Shown piece by piece: positions 16,159 through 24,048 of a stretch of 33,829 nt of DNA (position 1 is its first letter; the number at the start of each line of letters is the position of its first letter). The stretch spans positions 1-33,829 of the IMG/VR virus record IMGVR_UViG_3300005611_001571; one strand, written 5' to 3'. Position numbers and translations under genes: made by a program. The notes under the pieces were generated by a model. That model saw nothing but the letters and a program-made list of their open reading frames with translations, was not told the DNA's origin and did not search any database. This DNA comes from a virus (taxonomy: Duplodnaviria > Caudoviricetes).

Positions 16159-16428
16159 TTACCTCATCTTAATCTGCATGTCACGAGGATATCCCCAAAC
16201 ATCAATAGCGGGGACACGAAGAAAGCGTTCTTTAGTATTTTTCTTATCAGGATTCGGGATAGTAAGCATTACATTTTTATGTGCACGCCAAGCCTTCACC
16301 TGATTAGCAAGCCTTGCATCAGTTTGCATATAGTCTAGTCGAATAGACTTACGGATATTTTTAGAAACGGAAGGTCGCTCACCCTTCGAAACGTAGTTTT
16401 TACCACTAGAGCGTTTGCCTTTTGCCAT
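16159..16428 (-). CDS. Conserved basic phage hypothetical protein
   Basis: AGGAG SD; SKGER.SV...AW...KNV.LTIPNP...T..RF.RV.A..VWG. Confidence 0.8.
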   Translation of the reverse strand: MAKGKRSSGKNYVSKGERPSVSKNIRKSIRLDYMQTDARLANQVKAWRAHKNVMLTIPNPDKKNTKERFLRVPAIDVWGYPRDMQIKMR

Positions 16429-16456
16429 GTCATACTCCTTGTTAAGATTATGTATA

Positions 16457-16485
16457 AATATAACTTAAATTAAAGCAACAAGCAA
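16457..16485 (-). promoter_or_regulatory. Putative promoter TTGCTT-N17-TATATT
   Basis: Recurring motif. Confidence 0.7.
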
Positions 16486-16698
16486 TTAAATAGTGGCTGA
16501 GTATTGTAATGAATTAGAGGAAATTGAAATATTATTCCTCATCTCGATGAAAGAAGAAACAAAGTTGTTTGCCTCAAAAAGATGTTCACATTTTGGGCAC
16601 TCAACTAGATCGAGAGGGACAATAACACCCCTCTCGAACCAGACTTCATTATCTTGATGACATAAAGGACAATTAGTCCTCGCTCTGTAAACTGACAT
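16486..16698 (-). CDS. Small zinc-ribbon protein
   Basis: CPLC...CPKC; start moved to MSVYR. Confidence 0.65.
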   Translation of the reverse strand: MSVYRARTNCPLCHQDNEVWFERGVIVPLDLVECPKCEHLFEANNFVSSFIEMRNNISISSNSLQYSATI

Positions 16699-17425
16699 TA
16701 TATATCTTTTTATAGTAAGCATTGATGTCATGATCTCTCACACCATCAAAAGGTTGTTTATTTTTCCAAGCGGCTTTTCTACCTCTTAGTTTGTCCTTAA
16801 ACCTTTGCCAAAAAGTCATTTTACGTATGTTGCCATAGTGGTTGATATACTCAAGATGACCGTAGTGACGGTAGCCCATAAACCAGAACGGAACTGCTGT
16901 AACAACATCATTGTTATTTACAAATCTATAGTGCTTGATACCATCTGTTTGCATCTCTTTACAAAATGACTTAGTTCCCACCCTAGGAGAACCAAAAGTA
17001 TAAGCTTCGTGAGAATCCATTCTGCTAGCGCAGAGAGTAGCTAAAGCTCCCCCTAAAGAATGCCCTGTGCATACAATTTTGTAATCTATGTTAGAATTTG
17101 ATTTTAAGTAATCAACATGACCAACAATATCACTATACACTTTATCAAGAGCTTGAGCAAAACCAAAATGGACTAAGCCTCTTTCTTGGCTACGTTTAGG
17201 CCACGCTTTGAGATCTGCAAAAACATCTGTCATTTTGTCTGGCTCAGTGCCTCTAAAACAGATTACAATCTCATCTCCATCAATTAGTACAAAAGCCTGG
17301 GTTCCTTCGCGATCAAACCATGACCAGTCTTTAAAACCCATCTTTAGTAATTTGTGGTTAAGCTCTTCAAATTCAGAGTAAACAATGGAAGAGAACATTG
17401 CCATCTTTGCTGCTTTCGCATACAT
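16673..17425 (-). CDS. Class 3 lipase
   Basis: FRGT, VHFGF, GHSLGGA, TFGSPRVG, DVV..VP, DH. Confidence 0.92.
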   Translation of the reverse strand: MYAKAAKMAMFSSIVYSEFEELNHKLLKMGFKDWSWFDREGTQAFVLIDGDEIVICFRGTEPDKMTDVFADLKAWPKRSQERGLVHFGFAQALDKVYSDIVGHVDYLKSNSNIDYKIVCTGHSLGGALATLCASRMDSHEAYTFGSPRVGTKSFCKEMQTDGIKHYRFVNNNDVVTAVPFWFMGYRHYGHLEYINHYGNIRKMTFWQRFKDKLRGRKAAWKNKQPFDGVRDHDINAYYKKIYNVSLQSED

Positions 17426-17589
17426 TATTTTTTCTTCTTTTTCGACTTCAGAATTGCTTTCTGAAGTGCGGGAGGAAGCTTCTTTTGAGCAGCAGTAAGA
17501 CCATTACCGTTGCCATTCATTTTCTTTTTAGCTCCACCAGACATAGGCTTCTTTTTACCATTCATTTTTTTATTACCGTGCATTGCCAT
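17425..17589 (-). CDS. Lys-rich 54-aa protein
   Basis: Own translation MAMHGNKKMNGKKKPMSGGAKKKMNGNGNGLTAAQKKLPPALQKAILKSKKKKK; TAATG coupling to the lipase. Confidence 0.7.
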   Translation of the reverse strand: MAMHGNKKMNGKKKPMSGGAKKKMNGNGNGLTAAQKKLPPALQKAILKSKKKKK

Positions 17590-17935
17590 TTTCTCTTCCT
17601 TTTCTTGCTTTAGTTAAAATTTCTAAATCTTGTTGAATTAGAATAGGGACAGGTGTTGAGTGTCCTTTAAAAATTGGGTGACTAAATAGCCATTCTTCTT
17701 CAGGTCTTGTTTCATTCATTCGTTCCATTATTTTTTTAAGCTGTCTACCACTTGCGTGTTTATGAATATACATTCTAGCTACATAGTCTTCAAGCGGTAT
17801 GATTTCACTTTTCCACAATCGAACATCAATCTTTTGTTTATGCCAGTATGCCCTACTCCAAGGACATACTGACACTATTGAAGCAAAATAAGAAGGCCAA
17901 TCAACGTTATTTACGCTTACCGCCTCTTTTTCCAC
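17573..17935 (-). CDS. Hypothetical protein
   Basis: ORF track; VCPWS motif; start uncertain. Confidence 0.65.
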   Translation of the reverse strand: MEKEAVSVNNVDWPSYFASIVSVCPWSRAYWHKQKIDVRLWKSEIIPLEDYVARMYIHKHASGRQLKKIMERMNETRPEEEWLFSHPIFKGHSTPVPILIQQDLEILTKARKGRENGNAR

Positions 17936-17966
17936 CTTTTTTCGTACCTTTTGGATGCATAGCCAT
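17907..17966 (-). CDS. 19-aa K/G/R peptide MAMHPKGTKKGGKRGGKRK
   Basis: GAGGA SD, TAATG coupling, same MAMH start as 17425-17589. Confidence 0.5.
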   Translation of the reverse strand: MAMHPKGTKKGGKRGGKRK

Positions 17967-18145
17967 TATGACTTTCCTCTCTTTCCTAGGTCTATTTTCC
18001 GACCCTTGTGAGGGCCAGATTTTCGGGCTATTAGCCCGCGTGCTACAAGGCGAGCACGATTCGTAGAACCAATATTCTTGCCCGCCTTGTGCTTACGTAA
18101 TAGCTCTGAAATATTTATCTTGGGCTTTTTACGCGTTTTTGACAT
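17966..18145 (-). CDS. Basic 59-aa protein
   Basis: Own translation MSKTRKKPKINISELLRKHKAGKNIGSTNRARLVARGLIARKSG...; AAGGA SD. Confidence 0.7.
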   Translation of the reverse strand: MSKTRKKPKINISELLRKHKAGKNIGSTNRARLVARGLIARKSGPHKGRKIDLGKRGKS

Positions 18146-18148
18146 GAT

Positions 18149-18313
18149 TTATCCTTCGTCACGAATGATGTTCATGATGCCCCAAATGAGGCCTCCCCAG
18201 ACAATTATGTCAAGTAGAGCCATACCTCCCCAGATCACCGCTGCTGCAACAGCAATAGCAATAACACCCTGGTGAGTTGAATGTTCTTTGATACGATTAG
18301 TAATCCAGTTCAT
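18149..18313 (-). CDS. Small two-TM membrane protein
   Basis: Own translation MNWITNRIKEHSTHQGVIAIAVAAAVIWGGMALLDIIVWGGLIWGIMNIIRDEG; ATGA coupling. Confidence 0.7.
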   Translation of the reverse strand: MNWITNRIKEHSTHQGVIAIAVAAAVIWGGMALLDIIVWGGLIWGIMNIIRDEG

Positions 18314-18573
18314 CCACCAACTCCTTTCCTGTAGGTCCGAGTCTTTTTAGCAACTTTTTTAGGTTGTTTAACAAATTGCTTACCCGCCTTGGACCCCTTG
18401 CGTTTAGCTGCATTAGTTGCGCGCTTCTCACCAGGAGATAACGCAGCCCAAGCAGCTTTTGGAAGATAACGTCCTCGTTTTTTGCGAGGTTTCTTACCTT
18501 CTTTTTCAGATGAGTATTGCCACTCTTGTCGTGTCCAATTTTCAAGAGAACGTTGACTAGGTTTTTTTGCCAT
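18310..18573 (-). CDS. Basic protein, DUF5872-like C-terminal half
   Basis: SQRSL..WT..EW, RYLPK.AW..LS..EK..T...K, GKQFV. Confidence 0.75.
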   Translation of the reverse strand: MAKKPSQRSLENWTRQEWQYSSEKEGKKPRKKRGRYLPKAAWAALSPGEKRATNAAKRKGSKAGKQFVKQPKKVAKKTRTYRKGVGG

Positions 18574-18869
18574 TATTTTTTCCTCTTAGCTATAATCTTT
18601 TTCTGAGTGTTAATAAATTTACGGTAAACACCAGCAGCACTAGTTTTACCCATCTCTCTTGCTCTTTGTTCCATTGCTATTGCCGCCTGTGTCTTATGAG
18701 CATGAGAACGACCTGATCTTTTAATTTTATTAACAGAAGCTGTTGCGTCTTTTACAGTGGCAAACTTTAACCCTTTGATAGTGCCTTTTGGATTCTCGTC
18801 AGTGTAGAGATCACTATGCTTTTTTGAATTAGCTCTTTGACCTTTTTTTCTAGGGATTCTTGGTGCCAT
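18573..18869 (-). CDS. Basic phage protein
   Basis: SDLYTDENPKGTIKGL.F...AMEQRA motif; K/R-rich. Confidence 0.75.
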   Translation of the reverse strand: MAPRIPRKKGQRANSKKHSDLYTDENPKGTIKGLKFATVKDATASVNKIKRSGRSHAHKTQAAIAMEQRAREMGKTSAAGVYRKFINTQKKIIAKRKK

Positions 18870-18998
18870 CTATCTAAACCTTTTATTTATCCACTTAAAA
18901 CAAGCATAAGCTGCTAATAAAACAATGATTGTGCCTATACCATCTACCCAAGAAGTTTCATTCATAGCATAAATTAGATCAGCAGTAAACCAGTCCAT
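18870..18998 (-). CDS. 42-aa single-TM peptide
   Basis: Own translation MDWFTADLIYAMNETSWVDGIGTIIVLLAAYACFKWINKRFR; GGAGG SD. Confidence 0.6.
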   Translation of the reverse strand: MDWFTADLIYAMNETSWVDGIGTIIVLLAAYACFKWINKRFR

Positions 18999-19192
18999 TA
19001 TTTATATCCTCCGCCAGCACGCTTATAAGCAGCTGCTAGCATTTGTGCTTTTCTAGCACTCCATTGACCTGGGCGTCCGCCCTTACCTTCACGCATAATC
19101 TTATTAAAAAGTCTTTTGCGCATTGTAGGTTTAGTATAGTTCCCTGCCTTGTTGACAGTAGATTTACTTTTTTTCTTTTTAGCAGGCATCAA
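18998..19192 (-). CDS. Basic protein, DUF5872-like N-terminal half
   Basis: NYTKP..R....KGG.PGQWSARKAQ..A..YK..GGGY. Confidence 0.75.
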   Translation of the reverse strand: MMPAKKKKSKSTVNKAGNYTKPTMRKRLFNKIMREGKGGRPGQWSARKAQMLAAAYKRAGGGYK

Positions 19193-19410
19193 TAACTCCT
19201 TTTTACTTGTCCTTTAAACGGTGTTTTCATAGCACACCAATCTTCTGGATGAACATTTCTAGGTCTTCTTCCAGCAGGTTTTGAGACCATTCTACCTTGA
19301 GGAGTGTAAAAAGCACACCACTCCTGTTTTGGTCTACGTTTTACAGAGGAACTCATAGTTTTCCACATATAAGTACCATTAGATGATTTTTTAAATTTTC
19401 TTACTGCCAT
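19189..19410 (-). CDS. Basic hypothetical protein
   Basis: Start moved to MAVRKF (GGAG SD); two P..WCA repeats. Confidence 0.7.
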   Translation of the reverse strand: MAVRKFKKSSNGTYMWKTMSSSVKRRPKQEWCAFYTPQGRMVSKPAGRRPRNVHPEDWCAMKTPFKGQVKRSY

Positions 19411-19419
19411 GAGTTCTCC

Positions 19420-19453
19420 AAAAAAAAAATGAGGATGCAATTACATCCTCATT
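19420..19453 (-). terminator. Intrinsic terminator overlapping a promoter -10
   Basis: AATGAGGATG/CATCCTCATT stem followed by a long U tract. Confidence 0.75.
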
Positions 19454-19478
19454 ATACCTTACACATGTGTAGAGTCAA
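19451..19478 (-). promoter_or_regulatory. Sigma70 promoter TTGACT-N16-TATAAT
   Basis: Near consensus; heads the basic-protein block. Confidence 0.6.
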
Positions 19479-19482
19479 ATTT

Positions 19483-19665
19483 TTATTTTATCTGTGAGAA
19501 AATTTCCTTAGAAGAAGAATCGACGTAATCATCAGGAAAAAACTTTCTGACAGCTGTAGATTTTGCTATGTTGCCGTCCTCATTTATATAATATGTAACA
19601 AATTCTTGTTTGATAACACCTTCGTGTTTTGCTTTTACAGCAGTAAAAAACGGTCCTTCTTGCAT
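19483..19665 (-). CDS. Hypothetical phage protein
   Basis: Start moved to MQEGPF (AGGAG SD). Confidence 0.7.
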   Translation of the reverse strand: MQEGPFFTAVKAKHEGVIKQEFVTYYINEDGNIAKSTAVRKFFPDDYVDSSSKEIFSQIK

Positions 19666-19673
19666 AACTTCTC

Positions 19674-20021
19674 CTATCTTGATGCAATCATAGTCAGTGA
19701 TAGTCCACAAACTCTAATTTTAAAATTATTTTTAGCTTTTTCATATACTACAATCTTTGCACGCTGACCCGTAGTAGTTTCAAATACACACTCATATTCA
19801 TCAGGAATTATTACACCACCTTTTGCAAGAGTAGATTTAACATCAAACATAAGAGATTTTTTATACTCTTGATCTATCCAACTACGCGCTAAAGCTCTTC
19901 CTAATATATCAGGCAAGTACCTTTTTACACTCTCTCGATCAACTAGTTCAATGTCATCTTCAACTAGGCTAAATACAAAGGAAATGTGCTTGTTTTCATA
20001 TGGAACTAAAGCAGTGCTCAT
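19674..20021 (-). CDS. Hypothetical protein with nitrile-hydratase-leader (NHLP)-like segment
   Basis: ALARSWIDQEYKKSLMFDVKSTLAKGGVIIP matches the A.AW.D..FK..LL.DP...L...G..IP pattern. Confidence 0.55.
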   Translation of the reverse strand: MSTALVPYENKHISFVFSLVEDDIELVDRESVKRYLPDILGRALARSWIDQEYKKSLMFDVKSTLAKGGVIIPDEYECVFETTTGQRAKIVVYEKAKNNFKIRVCGLSLTMIASR

Positions 20022-21091
20022 AGTCTTTTAGCTACTACAGGTTCATTAGCAAACTGTTCTTCAGTTTTAATAAAGTCATAAAATCCTTGAACAGCTACTT
20101 CTTTGAACTTAGCTTCAATATCAAAATCTGCGTACTCTAACATAGGTACATGACGAGCCATCAACTCTTCGTCCCAGTAAGTCTCAGAATGAGCGTTAGG
20201 CTTCATCCAGTAGTTTGGATTGTCGGGGTGGAATGATTGTGATTTGTGGAACAACGGGCGTACACCTCTCCAGCTCTTGACAGCTTCAATGAAGTAGTCG
20301 TCTGTGTGGGAGATGTGATCCACGTCTCGAACTTTCCGATTGACTGTTTTCTCTTCCAGTTTAACCTTTTCCGTTTCAACCATTCGGTGGCAGGCATAGT
20401 GGTGTGTGTCAAGTGTGCAGCGTATGGGGATACGCTGGGCAAGTTCAAGTGTGTGGCGGATGTCATAGCCATTGGGTTTATCTTCGTTCTCAACGGATAA
20501 GCAGCCTTGGGCATAATCGGAAAGGTATGGGAAGTGGGTGGCGAACCGTTTAATACCATCTTCGTGTTTTCCTCCATAGAGTCCTTGCAAGTGAATATTC
20601 ATAGAAAAATCTTCGGCTGGCAATCCCATATACTGACCGTAAAGAGCATGATACTCAAGGTCTTCAATAGACTTCTCTACAACATCTGGTTTATTAGAAG
20701 CAAGAACAGTGTATTGACCTGGATGAACTGACAGACGAACAGAGTGTTTCTTAGCTGCCTGACCCGCTCTAGCAAGAATTTCTTTCAGCTCATCTCTGAT
20801 CTCATCGTACCAATCATTAGTAAAATCTAAGGTATAACAAGGAAACAGCTCAGAAGAAATTCTAAAAGCTCTTAGATTGATGGGTTGATGAGGAAAGTAG
20901 TTTTCTAGAGCGTCTACGAGCTTATTACAGTTAGAAATAGCTTTTGACTGAACTTTTTCTTTGCCGCCTTCTTTAAGAGCATAAGTTTTGGTAGTAGTAC
21001 CCATATTGTAACGCTTGGCTAGAGCTTTGTCATGCCATTGACAACACTGAGCAATACGCCAATCACTTTGAGTCTGGTTAAAATATTCCAT
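20018..21091 (-). CDS. uvsE: UV damage endonuclease (UVDE)
   Basis: FRISSELFP, RLSVHPGQYTVL.S..P.VV..S...L.YH, NIH, ENED, LDTHH, AHS, DIEAK.KE. Confidence 0.92.
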   Translation of the reverse strand: MEYFNQTQSDWRIAQCCQWHDKALAKRYNMGTTTKTYALKEGGKEKVQSKAISNCNKLVDALENYFPHQPINLRAFRISSELFPCYTLDFTNDWYDEIRDELKEILARAGQAAKKHSVRLSVHPGQYTVLASNKPDVVEKSIEDLEYHALYGQYMGLPAEDFSMNIHLQGLYGGKHEDGIKRFATHFPYLSDYAQGCLSVENEDKPNGYDIRHTLELAQRIPIRCTLDTHHYACHRMVETEKVKLEEKTVNRKVRDVDHISHTDDYFIEAVKSWRGVRPLFHKSQSFHPDNPNYWMKPNAHSETYWDEELMARHVPMLEYADFDIEAKFKEVAVQGFYDFIKTEEQFANEPVVAKRL

Positions 21092-21148
21092 AAATTCTCC
21101 ATAATTTTATTCATTATAATGAATTTAAGGCGTAAGGAGAAGAATTAA

Positions 21149-21685
21149 TTAAATTTCTCTAGTCCAGAAAAAATCTATAGTAAATCTGTCAGTATCATCC
21201 CAGCTTCCAAAATTATGCCAAGTTACATTATCAATAGCTGCAAAAACCACAGCTCTATTGGGTTTCCAAGTAATAACTCTCTTGAATACTTTATTTTGAT
21301 CGTACATAATTACTCCAACATTATGCTCTGGTTGAATGTACGTAAGAGCAGTATAAACTTTTAAAGGAAGTTCATCATGTATGGCAAAAAGATTAGGTCT
21401 ATTAGAAAGTTTAATATGGATCATAGGATCAAGACGAGTATAATCTCTATGCTTAGAAAATTTTGATTCTAAATACTCAACAGGTAGTTTTTTGCAAAAA
21501 TAATCTTTTATAACAGGATCTTCTACATCCATAAAACAAATGCCATGTGTTTTAATTTCTGCTTTATCTTTATACTTTGAAAATAGATAGTTCCTATTTT
21601 GAACATATTCCCAGGTTTCCTTATCGTAAAAGTCATCTATTACCATATAAGGCCAGGGAGAAAGATACATTTTTTCGTTTAACAT
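21149..21685 (-). CDS. 2OG-Fe(II) oxygenase-like protein
   Basis: PWPY.VIDDF, HDE, WKPNRA..F, TWH, distal Arg. Confidence 0.7.
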   Translation of the reverse strand: MLNEKMYLSPWPYMVIDDFYDKETWEYVQNRNYLFSKYKDKAEIKTHGICFMDVEDPVIKDYFCKKLPVEYLESKFSKHRDYTRLDPMIHIKLSNRPNLFAIHDELPLKVYTALTYIQPEHNVGVIMYDQNKVFKRVITWKPNRAVVFAAIDNVTWHNFGSWDDTDRFTIDFFWTREI

Positions 21686-21800
21686 GAAGACCTCAATTAT
21701 TAACGATTATTAGTGAGACACCTAAAAAACACAACTTTGTTACGTATTAAAAAGTAAACTAATTGGCTTGCGGTTATAAAAGCCTCTTATGATTGTCTAT

Positions 21801-21829
21801 ATAATATCTTATCGCAAACCGATAAGCAA
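21801..21829 (-). promoter_or_regulatory. Putative promoter TTGCTT-N17-TATTAT with internal inverted repeat
   Basis: Recurring -35; CTTATCG-N5-CGATAAG palindrome spans the spacer. Confidence 0.6.
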
Positions 21830-21836
21830 TAAATAG

Positions 21837-22160
21837 TTACTTTTTCTTTAGAGCGTCTGCTCCAAAGAAGGCTGACACTAACACTGCGATTGACGCAAAG
21901 TAGGTAGGTGCAATATCAGCAATTAATCCTGCAGCTGTGTCTAATCCTAGTAGAGAAGTTACTGCAATACCGATTGGATAAACTAAAAGACCAGCAAGAG
22001 AGAACCATGCCATTTTACGGATAGCATCTCTTTGCGCATCAGCGTCTTCCATTTCTTTACGTTTAAATTCTAAATACATTCTGTGTTCTTCTTGAGACAC
22101 AACACCATCACCGTTTGAATCGGCAGGGTGAAATCCTTGAGGGGTTTGTTCTTCACTCAT
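21837..22160 (-). CDS. Two-TM protein with N-terminal EF-hand-like loop (holin candidate)
   Basis: DSNGDGVVSQEE loop; two hydrophobic helices; basic C-terminus. Confidence 0.65.
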   Translation of the reverse strand: MSEEQTPQGFHPADSNGDGVVSQEEHRMYLEFKRKEMEDADAQRDAIRKMAWFSLAGLLVYPIGIAVTSLLGLDTAAGLIADIAPTYFASIAVLVSAFFGADALKKK

Positions 22161-22169
22161 TGTTATCTC

Positions 22170-22493
22170 CTAGTCAAAAGAATCTTGATAGTTTCCGACA
22201 TTCTTTTGAGCTGTTTTTTTATTTTCTAGATGCTCAATGCGAACCTCTAGTTCATCAATCTTTTTTGTGACATATGGATACTTTTTTCTCCAAGCGTCAG
22301 TTGGTTGACGTAACCAAGTCCAGCCATACCTGTCAACAAGCCAATCAAGTGTCTGATCTAGTTTAGCGTAGCACCAAAGACCTGCACGAGTATCTTTAAA
22401 GTATGCTAGAAAGGCTGCGCCTAGTAAAGATCCCGCTATCGCAGTATAGATCCAAAGAGTATCATCTAACATTCTTGCGAGCATCTCGGTCAT
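22170..22493 (-). CDS. Hypothetical membrane protein
   Basis: N-terminal TM; short C-terminal coiled coil. Confidence 0.7.
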   Translation of the reverse strand: MTEMLARMLDDTLWIYTAIAGSLLGAAFLAYFKDTRAGLWCYAKLDQTLDWLVDRYGWTWLRQPTDAWRKKYPYVTKKIDELEVRIEHLENKKTAQKNVGNYQDSFD

Positions 22494-22582
22494 CTTTAAT
22501 CCTTTTCATAAATTTTGTTAGTCCATAGTCCTGGTGTTTCACAAGCATTAACTGAGGTTGTGCCATTGCATTAGCAAGAGGA

Positions 22583-23008
22583 CTATTCGGTAGGACACCA
22601 AGAGGTTTTTGTTCCGCCATCATAAGGCCTCGCTAGCCCAGAGTTGATTATTTCATCTCTGTAAGATTTTCCATCTAAATACACATCAACCAATACTCTA
22701 CCACCATATTTATCCCATTGTAAATTAGCAAACTCTATCTTTTTCGCTTCGCGAAACATACGATTAGCAAAGTCTCTGCCTTCATAGGCTAGCCGCTTTT
22801 CCTCATCGCACTTTGCACGAATCTCTGGAGTATCAATGCCTAATATTCTGATACTCATTTTTTGAAGAGGTTCTGGAAGTGAAGGAGCTGTAACGTAACA
22901 AGTATCTCCGTCATAGCATACATTATCACGAAACTCTCTCATCTGTAAAAAGTCATCGGCTACAGCAGGGAGTGTAAAAAAGATCAAAGGTACGATATAT
23001 TTAATCAT
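22583..23008 (-). CDS. Thermonuclease (SNase-like) with signal peptide
   Basis: YDGDT, IR.LGIDTPE, DKYGGR.L, GLA..YDGG. Confidence 0.92.
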   Translation of the reverse strand: MIKYIVPLIFFTLPAVADDFLQMREFRDNVCYDGDTCYVTAPSLPEPLQKMSIRILGIDTPEIRAKCDEEKRLAYEGRDFANRMFREAKKIEFANLQWDKYGGRVLVDVYLDGKSYRDEIINSGLARPYDGGTKTSWCPTE

Positions 23009-23766
23009 TAGGATACTCCTGTTCCTGGAATAACTGTATCTTCTCCATCAACTAAAACTATGTCGAAAACAGCGCCTGCTTGAGTAGTAGCTCCTGCAAG
23101 TGCTTGAATTTGAATATCAGTATTAGCTGTAAACTTTAAAGGGTAGGTGTAAATATAGTTTACTGGAACACCAAAAGTACCAAAACGTGCTTTTTCATTA
23201 AAAGCTCCGTTAGAATCATTATCACGAGAGATGATTCTAAATACTACTTCTTTCTGTTTATCAATAGATCCTTGAAACTGCTTCAAATAACCAGTCTTAC
23301 CCGCTGGGATAGTATAAAGTGCCATCTGTGTTTGACCACCGCCAACAGAAATAACTGCGGCAGTAGTGTTATCTACTGTGCAACGAATTTCATCAGCGTT
23401 TGTTGTTCCCGTATTAGCAGTTTTAAGAATCATGCGAAATACACGAGAAAATTGAGTGGTTGTAGCTGCTCCACCTACAGTTGCAATTTCTGTCTGAAGA
23501 TTGAAGTTTTCATCTAAACCTTGTATTTCAACAGTTGACGCATTATCTGAAGCAGGAGTATCGCCTGTTAAAACAGCTGTACCAGTGTTGTGATAGGTAT
23601 AAACGTTTGACCCATCCCAAATAGTTTCAAAGGAAGAACCTATAGAGGTATTCCAACCAAACTTATTAACATGAGAGTGATTTGAAATATGACCGCGAGC
23701 TAGCTGAAGGTTAAAATCTTCTGTTTTGCCTGTGTCAGTTGCTGATGGGTTTTGGAATTGAGTCAT
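23008..23766 (-). CDS. Hypothetical beta-rich protein, possibly virion structural
   Basis: KFG.N...ETIW, V.IQGLD.N, GQT.MA.YT.PAG.T pattern; AGGAG SD. Confidence 0.7.
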   Translation of the reverse strand: MTQFQNPSATDTGKTEDFNLQLARGHISNHSHVNKFGWNTSIGSSFETIWDGSNVYTYHNTGTAVLTGDTPASDNASTVEIQGLDENFNLQTEIATVGGAATTTQFSRVFRMILKTANTGTTNADEIRCTVDNTTAAVISVGGGQTQMALYTIPAGKTGYLKQFQGSIDKQKEVVFRIISRDNDSNGAFNEKARFGTFGVPVNYIYTYPLKFTANTDIQIQALAGATTQAGAVFDIVLVDGEDTVIPGTGVS

Positions 23767-23792
23767 TTTATTCTCCTTACATACTTAGTATA

Positions 23793-24047
23793 CTAAGAAG
23801 AGGATTTTTGCGCAAATAATTTTCGTTTAAGATCAGACATTGAGTTATTTGACTGTTTTTTGAGTTTTGGGAAATACCTCTCATTGGCCTCGTGTATTCT
23901 AGCATACAAAATAGTTGCTTTCATCTCTAGCTGAGTTTCAGGAATTTCAATCTTTTTTATAAGTAGATAGTCATGTAGTACAACAGTTGATATGACCATT
24001 CCAGACATAATCATACACCAGATAATAGTGAATATTAATAAAACCAT
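23793..24047 (-). CDS. Hypothetical membrane-anchored protein
   Basis: ORF track; N-terminal TM. Confidence 0.55.
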   Translation of the reverse strand: MVLLIFTIIWCMIMSGMVISTVVLHDYLLIKKIEIPETQLEMKATILYARIHEANERYFPKLKKQSNNSMSDLKRKLFAQKSSS

Positions 24048-24048
24048 G

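Noticed and set aside
13951-20577. Nested minus-strand alternative-frame ORFs (13951-14157, 15488-15751, 18297-18545, 20203-20577)
   Set aside because: They lie within better-supported genes, with no SD or motif support
22494-22582. Possible 23-aa ORF MAQPQLMLVKHQDYGLTKFMKKD
   Set aside because: Too short, with no clear SD or recognisable motif
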